Notes under the pieces: model-generated
What the model was told of the DNA's origin: nothing
Database searches by the model: none
Seen by the model: the letters and a program-made list of their open reading frames with translations, nothing else
Made by a program: the position numbers and the translations under genes
Assembly (NCBI GenBank): GCA_044361595.1
Contig: JBIKIN010000010.1
Coordinates: 4,112-68,111 of the forward strand
Direction: 5' to 3'
DNA from: Pelobium sp.
Lineage (GTDB): Bacteria > Bacteroidota > Bacteroidia > Sphingobacteriales > Sphingobacteriaceae
Length of the DNA stretch: 64,000 nucleotides
In this document: positions 38,475 through 47,305 of the stretch, in pieces
Position numbering within the stretch: position 1 is the stretch's first letter
Layout of the letters: every line of letters starts with the position of its first letter

Positions 38475-39827
38475 ATGGAAAAAGCTATCACTAAAAACTC
38501 TAAAAGTTCATCAATTGTAGTAGGTCTAGATATCGGAACTACTAAAATTTGTGTGATTATTGGTCGTAGAAACGAGCAAGGTAAAATAGAAGTACTAGGT
38601 TTAGGTAAAGCCACATCTGATGGTGTTACTCGTGGTGTAGTTTCCAATATTGCTAAAACTGTTAAAGGTATTTTACAAGCAGTAGAAGAAGGTAGTAACC
38701 AATCTAATGTTGATGTTAAAATAGTTAACGTAGGTATAGCTGGTCAACACATTAAAAGTTTACAACACCGTGGTATTTTAACGCGTAAAGATTTAAGTAA
38801 CGAAATTGCAAAAAAAGATATTGATCGTTTAATCGACGATATGTTCAAATTAGCGATGAGCCCTGGAGAAGAGATAATCCATGTTTTACCTCAAGAGTTC
38901 ACAGTTGATAACGAACCAGGAATAAAAGATCCAGTAGGTATGGCTGGTGTAAGATTAGAAGCCAATTTCCACATCATTACTGGCCAAGTTACCGCAATTA
39001 AAAATATTATCAGATGTGTTGAGCAAGGTAATCTTGAAACAGAAGATTTAATTTTAGAGCCATTAGCGTCTTCAGAATCGGTTTTAAGTGATGAAGAAAA
39101 AGAAGCTGGAGTAGTTTTAGTAGATATTGGTGGTGGCACTACAGATGTAGCTATTTTTCATGAGGGAATTATTAGACATACTGCTGTAATTCCTTTTGGA
39201 GGTAATAGTGTAACGGAAGATATCAGAGAAGGATGTTCTGTAATGCGTAACCAAGCAGAACTTTTAAAAGTAAAATTTGGCTCGGCTTTAGCAGAAGAAA
39301 ACAAAGAAAATGAAATTATTTGCGTTCCTGGTTTAAGAGGCAGAGAACCTAAAGAAATTTCAATCAAAAATTTGGCTTTTGTAATACAAGCCAGAATGGA
39401 AGAAATAATAGATCACGTACATTATGAAATTAAATCATCTGGTTACGAGAAAAAATTAATAGGTGGTATTGTAGTAACAGGTGGCGGTGCATTATTAAAA
39501 CATTTACCTCAATTGATTGAATACGTAACAGGCTTAGATTGTAGAGTTGGTTACCCTAATGAACATCTAGCCAAAAATGAAACATTACCTAAAAACGTAT
39601 ATGAGGATTTAAAAAGCCCTATGTATGCTACTGGTATTGGATTACTAATTAAAGGAGTAGAAAAGGTAGAAGCACAAATGCTTAAAGAATCTTTACAGCA
39701 ATCAAGAAAAAGTGATAGTACTGTAGAGGTAACTACTAAAAAGACTAGAGGATTATTTGCTAGTTTACTAGAGGGCACTAAAAAATTCATAAAAGATGAT
39801 ATCTCAGACCAAGAGTATTTAAAGTAG
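38475..39827 (+). CDS. ftsA: cell division protein FtsA
   Basis: VGLDIGTTKI, VDIGGGTTD, GIVVTGGG. Confidence 0.98.
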   Translation: MEKAITKNSKSSSIVVGLDIGTTKICVIIGRRNEQGKIEVLGLGKATSDGVTRGVVSNIAKTVKGILQAVEEGSNQSNVDVKIVNVGIAGQHIKSLQHRGILTRKDLSNEIAKKDIDRLIDDMFKLAMSPGEEIIHVLPQEFTVDNEPGIKDPVGMAGVRLEANFHIITGQVTAIKNIIRCVEQGNLETEDLILEPLASSESVLSDEEKEAGVVLVDIGGGTTDVAIFHEGIIRHTAVIPFGGNSVTEDIREGCSVMRNQAELLKVKFGSALAEENKENEIICVPGLRGREPKEISIKNLAFVIQARMEEIIDHVHYEIKSSGYEKKLIGGIVVTGGGALLKHLPQLIEYVTGLDCRVGYPNEHLAKNETLPKNVYEDLKSPMYATGIGLLIKGVEKVEAQMLKESLQQSRKSDSTVEVTTKKTRGLFASLLEGTKKFIKDDISDQEYLK

Positions 39828-39887
39828 TTTTCAACAAAGCACAAGTTTTCAACACAATTAACATTTGTGGATAACTAATGTGGAAAA
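39828..39887. promoter_or_regulatory. cluster of four DnaA-box-like 9-mers between ftsA and ftsZ
   Basis: TTTTCAACA (39828, 39846) on +; TGTGGATAA (39866, perfect reverse TTATCCACA) and TGTGGAAAA (39879). Confidence 0.6.
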
Positions 39888-39953
39888 TTATTTATTATTA
39901 CACTGAGTTAAAATAAGAATTTAAAAAACGCTTACCAACTGATAATTAAAGAT

Positions 39954-41594
39954 ATGCAGTTTGAAATGTTAAAAGAAAAATCATCAATCATCAAAGTAAT
40001 TGGTGTTGGTGGTGGCGGAGGCAACGCGGTAAACCATATGTACAGGCAAGGAATCACGGGTGTGGATTTCATCATCTGTAATACAGATGCCCAAGCTTTA
40101 GAATTAAGTCCAATCCCAAACAAAGTTCAATTAGGCGCAAGCTTAACAGAAGGTATGGGTGCAGGCTCTATTCCAGAGGTGGGTAAAAACTCGGCTATAG
40201 AAAATATAGACGATGTAAAACAAATGCTTGGCGCAAATACCCGTATGCTTTTCATAACAGCTGGTATGGGTGGTGGTACTGGTACAGGTGCAAGTCCAAT
40301 TATTGCTAAAGCAGCTAAAGAACTAGACATTTTAACCGTTGCAATAATTACAACACCGTTTTCTTTTGAAGGTAAACGAAGAAAATCTCAAGCAGAAGAA
40401 GGTTTAGAAGAACTTAAAAAATATGTAGACTCTTACCTTGTCATTTCAAATGATAGGTTAAGAGAAATTTTCGGCAATCTAACTTTGGGATCTGCATTTG
40501 GGCAAGCTGACGATATTTTAACTACCGCAGCAAAAGGAATTGCAGAAATTATTACTGTACCAGGTTACATCAACGTTGATTTTAAAGATGTGCGTACCGT
40601 AATGAAAGAAAGCGGTGTTGCAATTATGGGTAGTTACGCTGCTGAAGGTGAAAACAGAGCATTAAAAGCTGTTGAAGGTGCATTAGCATCACCACTTTTA
40701 AAAGATAATGAAATAGAAGGCGCTAGATATATTCTATTAAATATCAGTTCAGGAGTTAAAGAAGTTACCATGGATGAAGTTAGTATTATTACAGACTTTA
40801 TTCAAGAACAAGCTGGCCTTTCGGCCGATTTAATTTGGGGTAACTGTACAGATCCTGAATTAGGAGATAAAATTTCGGTAACTATAATTGCAACAGGATT
40901 CCAAACGCAAGAAGAAAGAGAGCTAACAAAACAAACTGCTCCAAAAAAACAATTCTTAACTTCAGAAACCCCGTTAATTAAACCAATTAATGAGTTTTCA
41001 AAAAAGATTGAAAAAGTTACAGAAGAAGAACCAGAAATGGTACAAATGCCTATTCTTAAATCTGAAATATCAAAAGTCCCACAAACCGACTTATTTGCTG
41101 AGGTTCCAAAAACAAATTACAATCCTTTTAACACTAGCGACGACCTGGTTAAACATCAATTAATAGAAGAGACTAAAGAAGAGACCACATCAGAAGTGGA
41201 AGATTTTGGTTTTAGTATGAAATTCTCAACTTCAGAATTTGAAACACCTATAATTCCAATTGAGGTTACCAACGAAGTTATTTTTGAAGAAAATGAAACA
41301 ATAGTTCCATCAGCTTTTTCAGAAGATGATCAAAAAACTGATGAATCGATGGAGGAGCAATTGAGAAAATCTAAAGAGCGCATCTTACGCTTAAAAGATT
41401 TAAGCATGAAATTACGTTCTACATCAGGCTTGGTAGAATTAGAAAACGAACCAGCATACAAAAGAAAGCAAATGCAGTTAAAAGATGTCCCTCATTCTTC
41501 AGAGTCTCAAGTATCTAGATTTACTTTAAGTAATGAAGATGGACAAACAGAAATAAGACCAAATAACTCTTTCTTACACGATAATGTAGATTAA
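39954..41594 (+). CDS. ftsZ: cell division protein FtsZ with long C-terminal extension
   Basis: GVGGGGGNAV, GMGGGTGTGA tubulin motif, INVDFKDV, terminal FLHDNVD. Confidence 0.99.
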   Translation: MQFEMLKEKSSIIKVIGVGGGGGNAVNHMYRQGITGVDFIICNTDAQALELSPIPNKVQLGASLTEGMGAGSIPEVGKNSAIENIDDVKQMLGANTRMLFITAGMGGGTGTGASPIIAKAAKELDILTVAIITTPFSFEGKRRKSQAEEGLEELKKYVDSYLVISNDRLREIFGNLTLGSAFGQADDILTTAAKGIAEIITVPGYINVDFKDVRTVMKESGVAIMGSYAAEGENRALKAVEGALASPLLKDNEIEGARYILLNISSGVKEVTMDEVSIITDFIQEQAGLSADLIWGNCTDPELGDKISVTIIATGFQTQEERELTKQTAPKKQFLTSETPLIKPINEFSKKIEKVTEEEPEMVQMPILKSEISKVPQTDLFAEVPKTNYNPFNTSDDLVKHQLIEETKEETTSEVEDFGFSMKFSTSEFETPIIPIEVTNEVIFEENETIVPSAFSEDDQKTDESMEEQLRKSKERILRLKDLSMKLRSTSGLVELENEPAYKRKQMQLKDVPHSSESQVSRFTLSNEDGQTEIRPNNSFLHDNVD

Positions 41595-41616
41595 CTTTAT
41601 AAATCATTTAAAACAT

Positions 41617-41653
41617 AAAACCATTTTCTTAATTGAAAATGGTTTTTTTTTTT
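41617..41653. terminator. bidirectional intrinsic terminator
   Basis: AAAACCATTTTC-ttaatt-GAAAATGGTTTT followed by a long T run; convergent genes. Confidence 0.85.
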
Positions 41654-41963
41654 AAACAACTAATGTTGTTGTTCTAATTAAATGATCAAATGTTTGATTG
41701 GCTTGCATAATTGGAGTAGAATAGACAGGAATATCTTCTCCATAATTAATTGCTATAAATTTTTCAATTTGCGAAAAAAGCATAGATTTAGTTTGCGCAG
41801 TAACTACTGTAATCTTGTTACTAATTAACTCGTCGCCATCTAACTTATAAATCTCGTTATTAACATCTATACTAGCGTGTGCTATTAATTGTTGAGCCAA
41901 TAAACTTTTAATTAGAATTTTAGCATCAGTTTGTTTGTTTAAATAAATAATAAGGTTCAGCAT
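41652..41963 (-). CDS. CutA-like (PII-like fold) small protein, divergent
   Basis: Size and pattern (LLAQQLIAHASI ... VVTAQTK ... IPVYSTPI) resemble CutA1; downstream of tetR. Confidence 0.6.
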   Translation of the reverse strand: MLNLIIYLNKQTDAKILIKSLLAQQLIAHASIDVNNEIYKLDGDELISNKITVVTAQTKSMLFSQIEKFIAINYGEDIPVYSTPIMQANQTFDHLIRTTTLVV

Positions 41964-41975
41964 AGTTTAATTTTT

Positions 41976-42653
41976 TTATTGAGGTTTTGATGAGAACAAT
42001 AATTGTTCAATAAACAACTGAACGCTTTTTAAACTATTTGTATTGCCAAAATCTGTTAAAGAAGGTAAATTTTTCATAAAAAAATCTTGGTAATGCGCCA
42101 TTTCTAATACAGTACTAGCTAAAGATTTAGGGAATGGATAATTTGGACTGTATGCCAAAATCGCTTCACTAATACGTTGACAGAGTTTTTTGTATGGCAT
42201 AAATAACTGTTCCTTATTATCTTCTGTAACATGTTTAGTTAAATACACTTTAGAAGACTCAGCTATAATAATATCATGTAAATCTTCCAAATTGATAGCT
42301 GCTTGCGCTGTTTCTTGACCCTCTAATTGCCAAGTTAAAACAGCCGCTATAGTCTTTAGGTTAACCTCAGCATCTTCAATGTTATTGGTATTAAACATCA
42401 CTTGATAATCTAACCAGTTCCAATACCATGCGACTATATAACTTAATAACCTATGCTTGTTTTCGAAGTACCTATAAACAGTAGCTTCGGTTATTTTTGT
42501 CTCTTCTGCCAATTTTTTAAAAGTGAAAGCCTCAAAACCTAAAGTCTTAATCAAATAAGTACTATTCTTTAAAATTCTTTGGCCAATTTCACTCTGCTCA
42601 GGATCTCTCAAAAACAGTTTGCTATTCATTTTTGGCTTTAGTTGCCATTCCAT
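41976..42653 (-). CDS. TetR/AcrR family transcriptional regulator
   Basis: GFEAFTFKKLAEETKITEATVYRYFENK HTH. Confidence 0.95.
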   Translation of the reverse strand: MEWQLKPKMNSKLFLRDPEQSEIGQRILKNSTYLIKTLGFEAFTFKKLAEETKITEATVYRYFENKHRLLSYIVAWYWNWLDYQVMFNTNNIEDAEVNLKTIAAVLTWQLEGQETAQAAINLEDLHDIIIAESSKVYLTKHVTEDNKEQLFMPYKKLCQRISEAILAYSPNYPFPKSLASTVLEMAHYQDFFMKNLPSLTDFGNTNSLKSVQLFIEQLLFSSKPQ

Positions 42654-42666
42654 ATCTAAACAATTG

Positions 42667-42693
42667 CTCCTATATTTACAACAAATATAGGAG
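42667..42693. promoter_or_regulatory. 11-bp inverted repeat containing the tetR -7 element (TATATTTG on minus strand, 42682-42689)
   Basis: CTCCTATATTT-acaac-AAATATAGGAG. Confidence 0.6.
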
Positions 42694-42726
42694 AATATGT
42701 CACGAATTAATCATTTACTATAATAA

Positions 42727-42745
42727 ATGATAGTATTACTATTAT
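42727..42745. promoter_or_regulatory. candidate TetR operator ATGATAGTA-T-TACTATTAT
   Basis: 9-1-9 near-palindrome (one mismatch) over the expected -33 position of the ABC promoter. Confidence 0.6.
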
Positions 42746-42761
42746 TATTCAAATCAATTTT

Positions 42762-42769
42762 TACTTTTG
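42762..42769 (+). promoter_or_regulatory. -7 element (TACTTTTG) of the ABC-HlyD-TolC operon
   Basis: TAnnTTTG match 19 nt before the ATG at 42789. Confidence 0.65.
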
Positions 42770-42788
42770 TTAACGTAAATTTTAAATA

Positions 42789-44459
42789 ATGGCGCAACAA
42801 CCTTCATTACGCTCAGCAGTTAAAAAACTTTTTAATCTAATAAATTTAGAAAAAAAGGAAATTAGAAATGTATACATATATGCAATAATAAGTGGGATAA
42901 TTGTTTTATCACTTCCATTAGGTATTCAAGCAATTATTAATTTAATGTTTGGCGCAACAATTAGCACTTCACTTATTGTATTAATCATTTTAGTTATTAT
43001 TGGAGTATTATTTGCTGGGGTTTTACAAATAAAACAAATGCGAATTATTGAGCGCATTCAACAAAGAATTTTCACGAGGCTTACCTTTGCTTATGCTTAC
43101 AGGATACCTAAACTAAGTCTCCCAAGTATTGACAATTATTACCTTCCTGAATTAGTAAATCGTTTTTTTGATACAGCAAGCTTGCAAAAAGGTTTATCTA
43201 AATTGTTGCTAGATTTTCCAGCTGCCACAATTCAAATATTGTTTGGTTTAATTTTACTTAGTCTTTATCACCCGGTGTTTATAGTTTTTGGGTTTTTATT
43301 GGCCATATTGGTTATAGTTATATTTTACGTTACCAGCCCAAAAGGCTTCAGTTCTAGTATTAGAGAATCGGATTATAAGTTTGATGTTGCACATTGGTTA
43401 GAAGAAATAAGTAGAAGCATAAAGACGTTTAAATTCTTTCAACATACCGATTTACACCTTAAAAAAACAGATAGCTTAGTAAACGGGTATTTAGATGCTA
43501 GAGAAGAGCATTTCTCAGTATTGGTTTTTCAGTACAGAATAGTAATTGGCTTTAAGGTATTTATCACAGCTGCCATGTTAATTATTGGTGCAGTTTTATT
43601 TGTTAATCAGCAAATAAATATTGGCCAATTTATAGCAACAGAAATTATCATTCTTACCATTACGGGTGCAATAGAGAAATTGATAGTAAGTTTAGAGGTG
43701 GTTTATGATGTATTAACTTCGTTAGAGAAAATAAATAAAGTTTTAGACAAACCTCAAGATACAGATAAAGCATTATTAAGCTCAAATGAATGGAAAAAAA
43801 CAGAAGGACTTGATATCAAAATTAAAGAATTAAATTTTGGTTTTACCCCAAATAATGATGTATTAAAAAACATCAACTTACACATAAAAGCTGGAGAGAA
43901 AGTTTGTTTAACCGGTTCTGAAGGGTCGGGAAAAAGTTCATTCTTGAAATTGCTTAGTGGAATGTGGCCCGATTACAGAGGTAATTTATTATTTAATGAT
44001 GTTCCGTTTAAAAGTATGGTTCCAGACACCTTATACAAACAAGTTGGATTATACTTTAATGAAGATGAACTATTTAGTGGGACATTATTAAACAATCTTA
44101 CACTAGGTGCAAAAGAAATTAATTTTACCGAGCTTCAATTTGTTTGCGATTTAGTTGGACTATCAGATTTTATTGGAAGTAAACAAGAAGGATATGCAGT
44201 TAAGTTAGATCCACAAGGTAAAAAGCTATCTTATAACATTGCCCAAAAAATATTATTAGCAAGATGTATTTATCAAAAACCAGCCTTAATGCTATTAGAA
44301 GACGGCTGGTTAGGAATTGACAAGGAATCAAAAACTAAAATAATTGATTATTTAACAGCTAAAGAAAATAAAACCACGTTAATTACGATTACAGATGATG
44401 AGTATTTTGCTAAAAAATGTTCACGTACTATTTATCTTTCAAAAGGAACTATAAACTAA
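42789..44459 (+). CDS. type I secretion-like ABC exporter (TMD-NBD) with degenerate ATPase motifs, no C39 peptidase domain
   Basis: Six-TM ABC membrane domain; Walker A GSEGSGKS; signature LSYNI; Walker B MLLEDG. Confidence 0.88.
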   Translation: MAQQPSLRSAVKKLFNLINLEKKEIRNVYIYAIISGIIVLSLPLGIQAIINLMFGATISTSLIVLIILVIIGVLFAGVLQIKQMRIIERIQQRIFTRLTFAYAYRIPKLSLPSIDNYYLPELVNRFFDTASLQKGLSKLLLDFPAATIQILFGLILLSLYHPVFIVFGFLLAILVIVIFYVTSPKGFSSSIRESDYKFDVAHWLEEISRSIKTFKFFQHTDLHLKKTDSLVNGYLDAREEHFSVLVFQYRIVIGFKVFITAAMLIIGAVLFVNQQINIGQFIATEIIILTITGAIEKLIVSLEVVYDVLTSLEKINKVLDKPQDTDKALLSSNEWKKTEGLDIKIKELNFGFTPNNDVLKNINLHIKAGEKVCLTGSEGSGKSSFLKLLSGMWPDYRGNLLFNDVPFKSMVPDTLYKQVGLYFNEDELFSGTLLNNLTLGAKEINFTELQFVCDLVGLSDFIGSKQEGYAVKLDPQGKKLSYNIAQKILLARCIYQKPALMLLEDGWLGIDKESKTKIIDYLTAKENKTTLITITDDEYFAKKCSRTIYLSKGTIN

Positions 44460-44470
44460 AATAACTTACA

Positions 44471-45826
44471 ATGTTTTTAGAAAGCAAAACACATATTGCA
44501 AAACTAATGGAGTTTAATTCTTTCGAAAGGATTATTACTCAAAAGCCGTCTAAGAAACTAGCAAAGATTTTTATCATATCTTTTGTAGTATTTGTTATTA
44601 TTATGCTACTTCCTTGGACACAAAATATCCAATCAGAAGGAAGTGTTTCTACCATTAGTCCAAACCAAAGGCCACAACAAATTAACAGTATTATTGCAGG
44701 CCGTATTGAGAAATGGTATATACAAGATGGGCAAGTTGTTCAAAAAGGAGACACATTGCTCCAAATTAGCGAGGTAAAAGAAGAATATTTAGACCCTAAC
44801 CTTTTGGGCAGAGTGTCTGAGCAAATTAAGGCTAAATCCGATGCTATAGAGTTTTATGATCAAAAGGCTAATACAGCCTCTTTGCAACAAGGTGCATTAA
44901 ATAGTGCATTAAGATTTAAATTAGAACAACTTCAAAACAAACTAAAACAATACACATTACAAGTACAGTCTGACAGTATAGCATATGTTGCAGCCACAAA
45001 TTTGCTAGGTATTAGTACTGAGCAATTAAATCGTCGTAAACAATTATACGCTGCCGATTTAAACTCTTTAACAGAACTAGAAACAAGACAACAATACTAC
45101 CAAGATGCATTAGCAAAGAAAATAAGTGCCGAAAACAAATACTATAACGGCAAAAACGAATTGCTAAACATTAAGTTAGAACTTTTAGGTACACAGCAAG
45201 ATTATACCGAAAAACTGTCTAAAATTGAAGGCGAAAAGTTTAGTGCATTATCCCAAGTATCATCTACAGAAGGGGAAGTTGCAAAACTTAATAATCAGTT
45301 TTCTAACTATCAAAAAAGACAAGGTTTTTACGTTATTACTGCCCCACAATCAGGCCAAGTATTACGATCTAGCAAAGCTGGTATTGGAGAAACTGTAAAA
45401 GATGGCGAAATGTTAATGCAGATTGTTCCACAAGTATTTGAGCCCGCTGTAGAAATATTTATTAGTCCGCTTAATATGCCTTTAATTGCGAAAGGACAAA
45501 AAGTACAATTACAATTTGATGGTTTCCCTGCTATTGTGTTCTCTGGATGGCCACAAGCATCTTATGGGATTTTTTCGGGTAGAATTGCAGCTGTTGATCA
45601 ATCTATAGCTAACAATGGGAAATTTAGAATTTGGGTAAAACCAGATCCAAAAGAAAGACCATGGCCTAAAGAAATTAAATTTGGTGCAGGAACTAAAAGT
45701 ATAGCTTTATTAAGCGATGTACCTCTAATTTATGAATTATGGCGACAATTAAATGGCTTTCCGCCAGAATTTTACAAACCAGATCCAGGAAACGATAAAG
45801 ATAAAAGCGCAAAAAATGAGAAGTAA
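44471..45826 (+). CDS. HlyD-family membrane fusion protein
   Basis: TM anchor, lipoyl-like IAGRIEKWYIQDGQVVQKGDTL, long coiled coil, ITAPQSGQV. Confidence 0.93.
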   Translation: MFLESKTHIAKLMEFNSFERIITQKPSKKLAKIFIISFVVFVIIMLLPWTQNIQSEGSVSTISPNQRPQQINSIIAGRIEKWYIQDGQVVQKGDTLLQISEVKEEYLDPNLLGRVSEQIKAKSDAIEFYDQKANTASLQQGALNSALRFKLEQLQNKLKQYTLQVQSDSIAYVAATNLLGISTEQLNRRKQLYAADLNSLTELETRQQYYQDALAKKISAENKYYNGKNELLNIKLELLGTQQDYTEKLSKIEGEKFSALSQVSSTEGEVAKLNNQFSNYQKRQGFYVITAPQSGQVLRSSKAGIGETVKDGEMLMQIVPQVFEPAVEIFISPLNMPLIAKGQKVQLQFDGFPAIVFSGWPQASYGIFSGRIAAVDQSIANNGKFRIWVKPDPKERPWPKEIKFGAGTKSIALLSDVPLIYELWRQLNGFPPEFYKPDPGNDKDKSAKNEK

Positions 45827-47210
45827 AATATTCATTTTATTATTATCGTTTCTAACAACGTCTAAAGTAAATGCTCAAGATTTGTTGTTAGACACCTTAA
45901 CTTGGGATTCCTTTACAGATATTGTAAAAACTTACCATCCTGTAACAACTCAAGCGAAACTTTTAACCGATTTAGCAAAAGCTAAAAGATTGCAGGCATT
46001 AGGTGGTTTCGATCCTAAATTAGAAGGCGAATTAGACCAAAAACAATATGATGGGACCGAGTATTTTCGCTTTTTAACCCCTCAAGTGAAATTACCTTTA
46101 TGGTATGGGATAGAATTAAAAGGTTCTTATTCAGAAGCAGAAGGTGCATTTGTAAACCCAGAAAACAAATTACCACAAGAAGGCTTATCATATGCTGGTG
46201 TTAGCTTTCAACTAGGTAAAGGATTGCTCATGGATAAAAGAAGAGCAGCATTTAAACAAGCAAAAATATTTACCGAGGCTACCGAAAACGAAAAAATAAA
46301 AATTATAAACGATTTGTTTCAAGATGCTGGGGAAGAGTATATTAATTGGCAAAATAAGTTCCAAATTTACAAAGTCTATCAAGAAGCATTAAACCTTGCA
46401 AAAGTAAGATTTGAGGGGGTAAAAAAGAGTTATCAATTTGGAGACAGAGCTGCGATTGATACTGTAGAAGCGTTATTGCAAGTACAAACCAGAGAAGGTA
46501 TGTTGCAACAAGCCAATTTAGATTTACAAAGTGCTAAATACATGCTTAGTACTTATTTATGGTTACAAAACAATCAAACGGTAGATGCCGATAAGTTATT
46601 AATTAAACCACAAGAAGAATTAATTGTACCATTTACCCCACTTTTAGATGTAACAAACAACCCCAAGTTACTTTCTTATGGTTTTAAAATAAGTGATTTA
46701 AATATTGAACGAAGATTAAAAGCAGAAAACCTTAGACCAGAGCTTGGACTACAATTTGGCATTTTAAACCAAGGTTTAACACCCCTTAGAAATATAAATC
46801 AGAACTATTGGAACGACAATAATAAAGTAAACTTTAGAGTAGCGTTTCCTTTAACATTTTCTAAAGAAAGAGGAGAGCTTTCTGAAGCTAAAATTAAAAT
46901 TAAGCAAGTAGAAATAGAACAAAGTTTAGTTCAAAATGAGCTGCTTAACAAAATGAAACAAAACGCTTTTGAATTGAGCACTCTTCAAAATCAAATCAAT
47001 ATTTTAAGGCAAAATTACATTAGTTCAGAGCAATTATTAAAGGGCGAAGAATTAAGATTTAGAGTAGGCGAAAGCTCATTATTTTTAGTAAATGCCAGAG
47101 AAAGCAAATTGATTGAAGTAAAAGAAAAGTTATTGCAAACAGAGGCTAAGCTCAGAAAAGCTCAATTAAAAACACTTTGGTTACAAGGCACCCTATTTCA
47201 AAATTTTTAG
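45816..47210 (+). CDS. TolC-family outer membrane channel (start corrected to MRSKIF at 45816)
   Basis: Signal peptide, FDPKLEG, GDRAAIDTVEA, FRVGESSLFLVNARE. Confidence 0.9.
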   Translation: MRSKIFILLLSFLTTSKVNAQDLLLDTLTWDSFTDIVKTYHPVTTQAKLLTDLAKAKRLQALGGFDPKLEGELDQKQYDGTEYFRFLTPQVKLPLWYGIELKGSYSEAEGAFVNPENKLPQEGLSYAGVSFQLGKGLLMDKRRAAFKQAKIFTEATENEKIKIINDLFQDAGEEYINWQNKFQIYKVYQEALNLAKVRFEGVKKSYQFGDRAAIDTVEALLQVQTREGMLQQANLDLQSAKYMLSTYLWLQNNQTVDADKLLIKPQEELIVPFTPLLDVTNNPKLLSYGFKISDLNIERRLKAENLRPELGLQFGILNQGLTPLRNINQNYWNDNNKVNFRVAFPLTFSKERGELSEAKIKIKQVEIEQSLVQNELLNKMKQNAFELSTLQNQINILRQNYISSEQLLKGEELRFRVGESSLFLVNARESKLIEVKEKLLQTEAKLRKAQLKTLWLQGTLFQNF

Positions 47211-47305
47211 TTGTAAAATTTAGAAATTAATGTAGATTTATACATTAAAGTTTATTAAACAATCATAATAAGCTAAAAAATAAATTAAACCTTTTCTAAA
47301 TTTTT

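Noticed and set aside
26376-40330. Short alternative-frame and antisense ORFs throughout the dcw cluster
   Set aside because: All overlap conserved essential genes; no independent coding signal.
45753-45815. 74-nt overlap between hlyD and tolC
   Set aside because: Artifact of an upstream ATG; the signal peptide begins at 45816.
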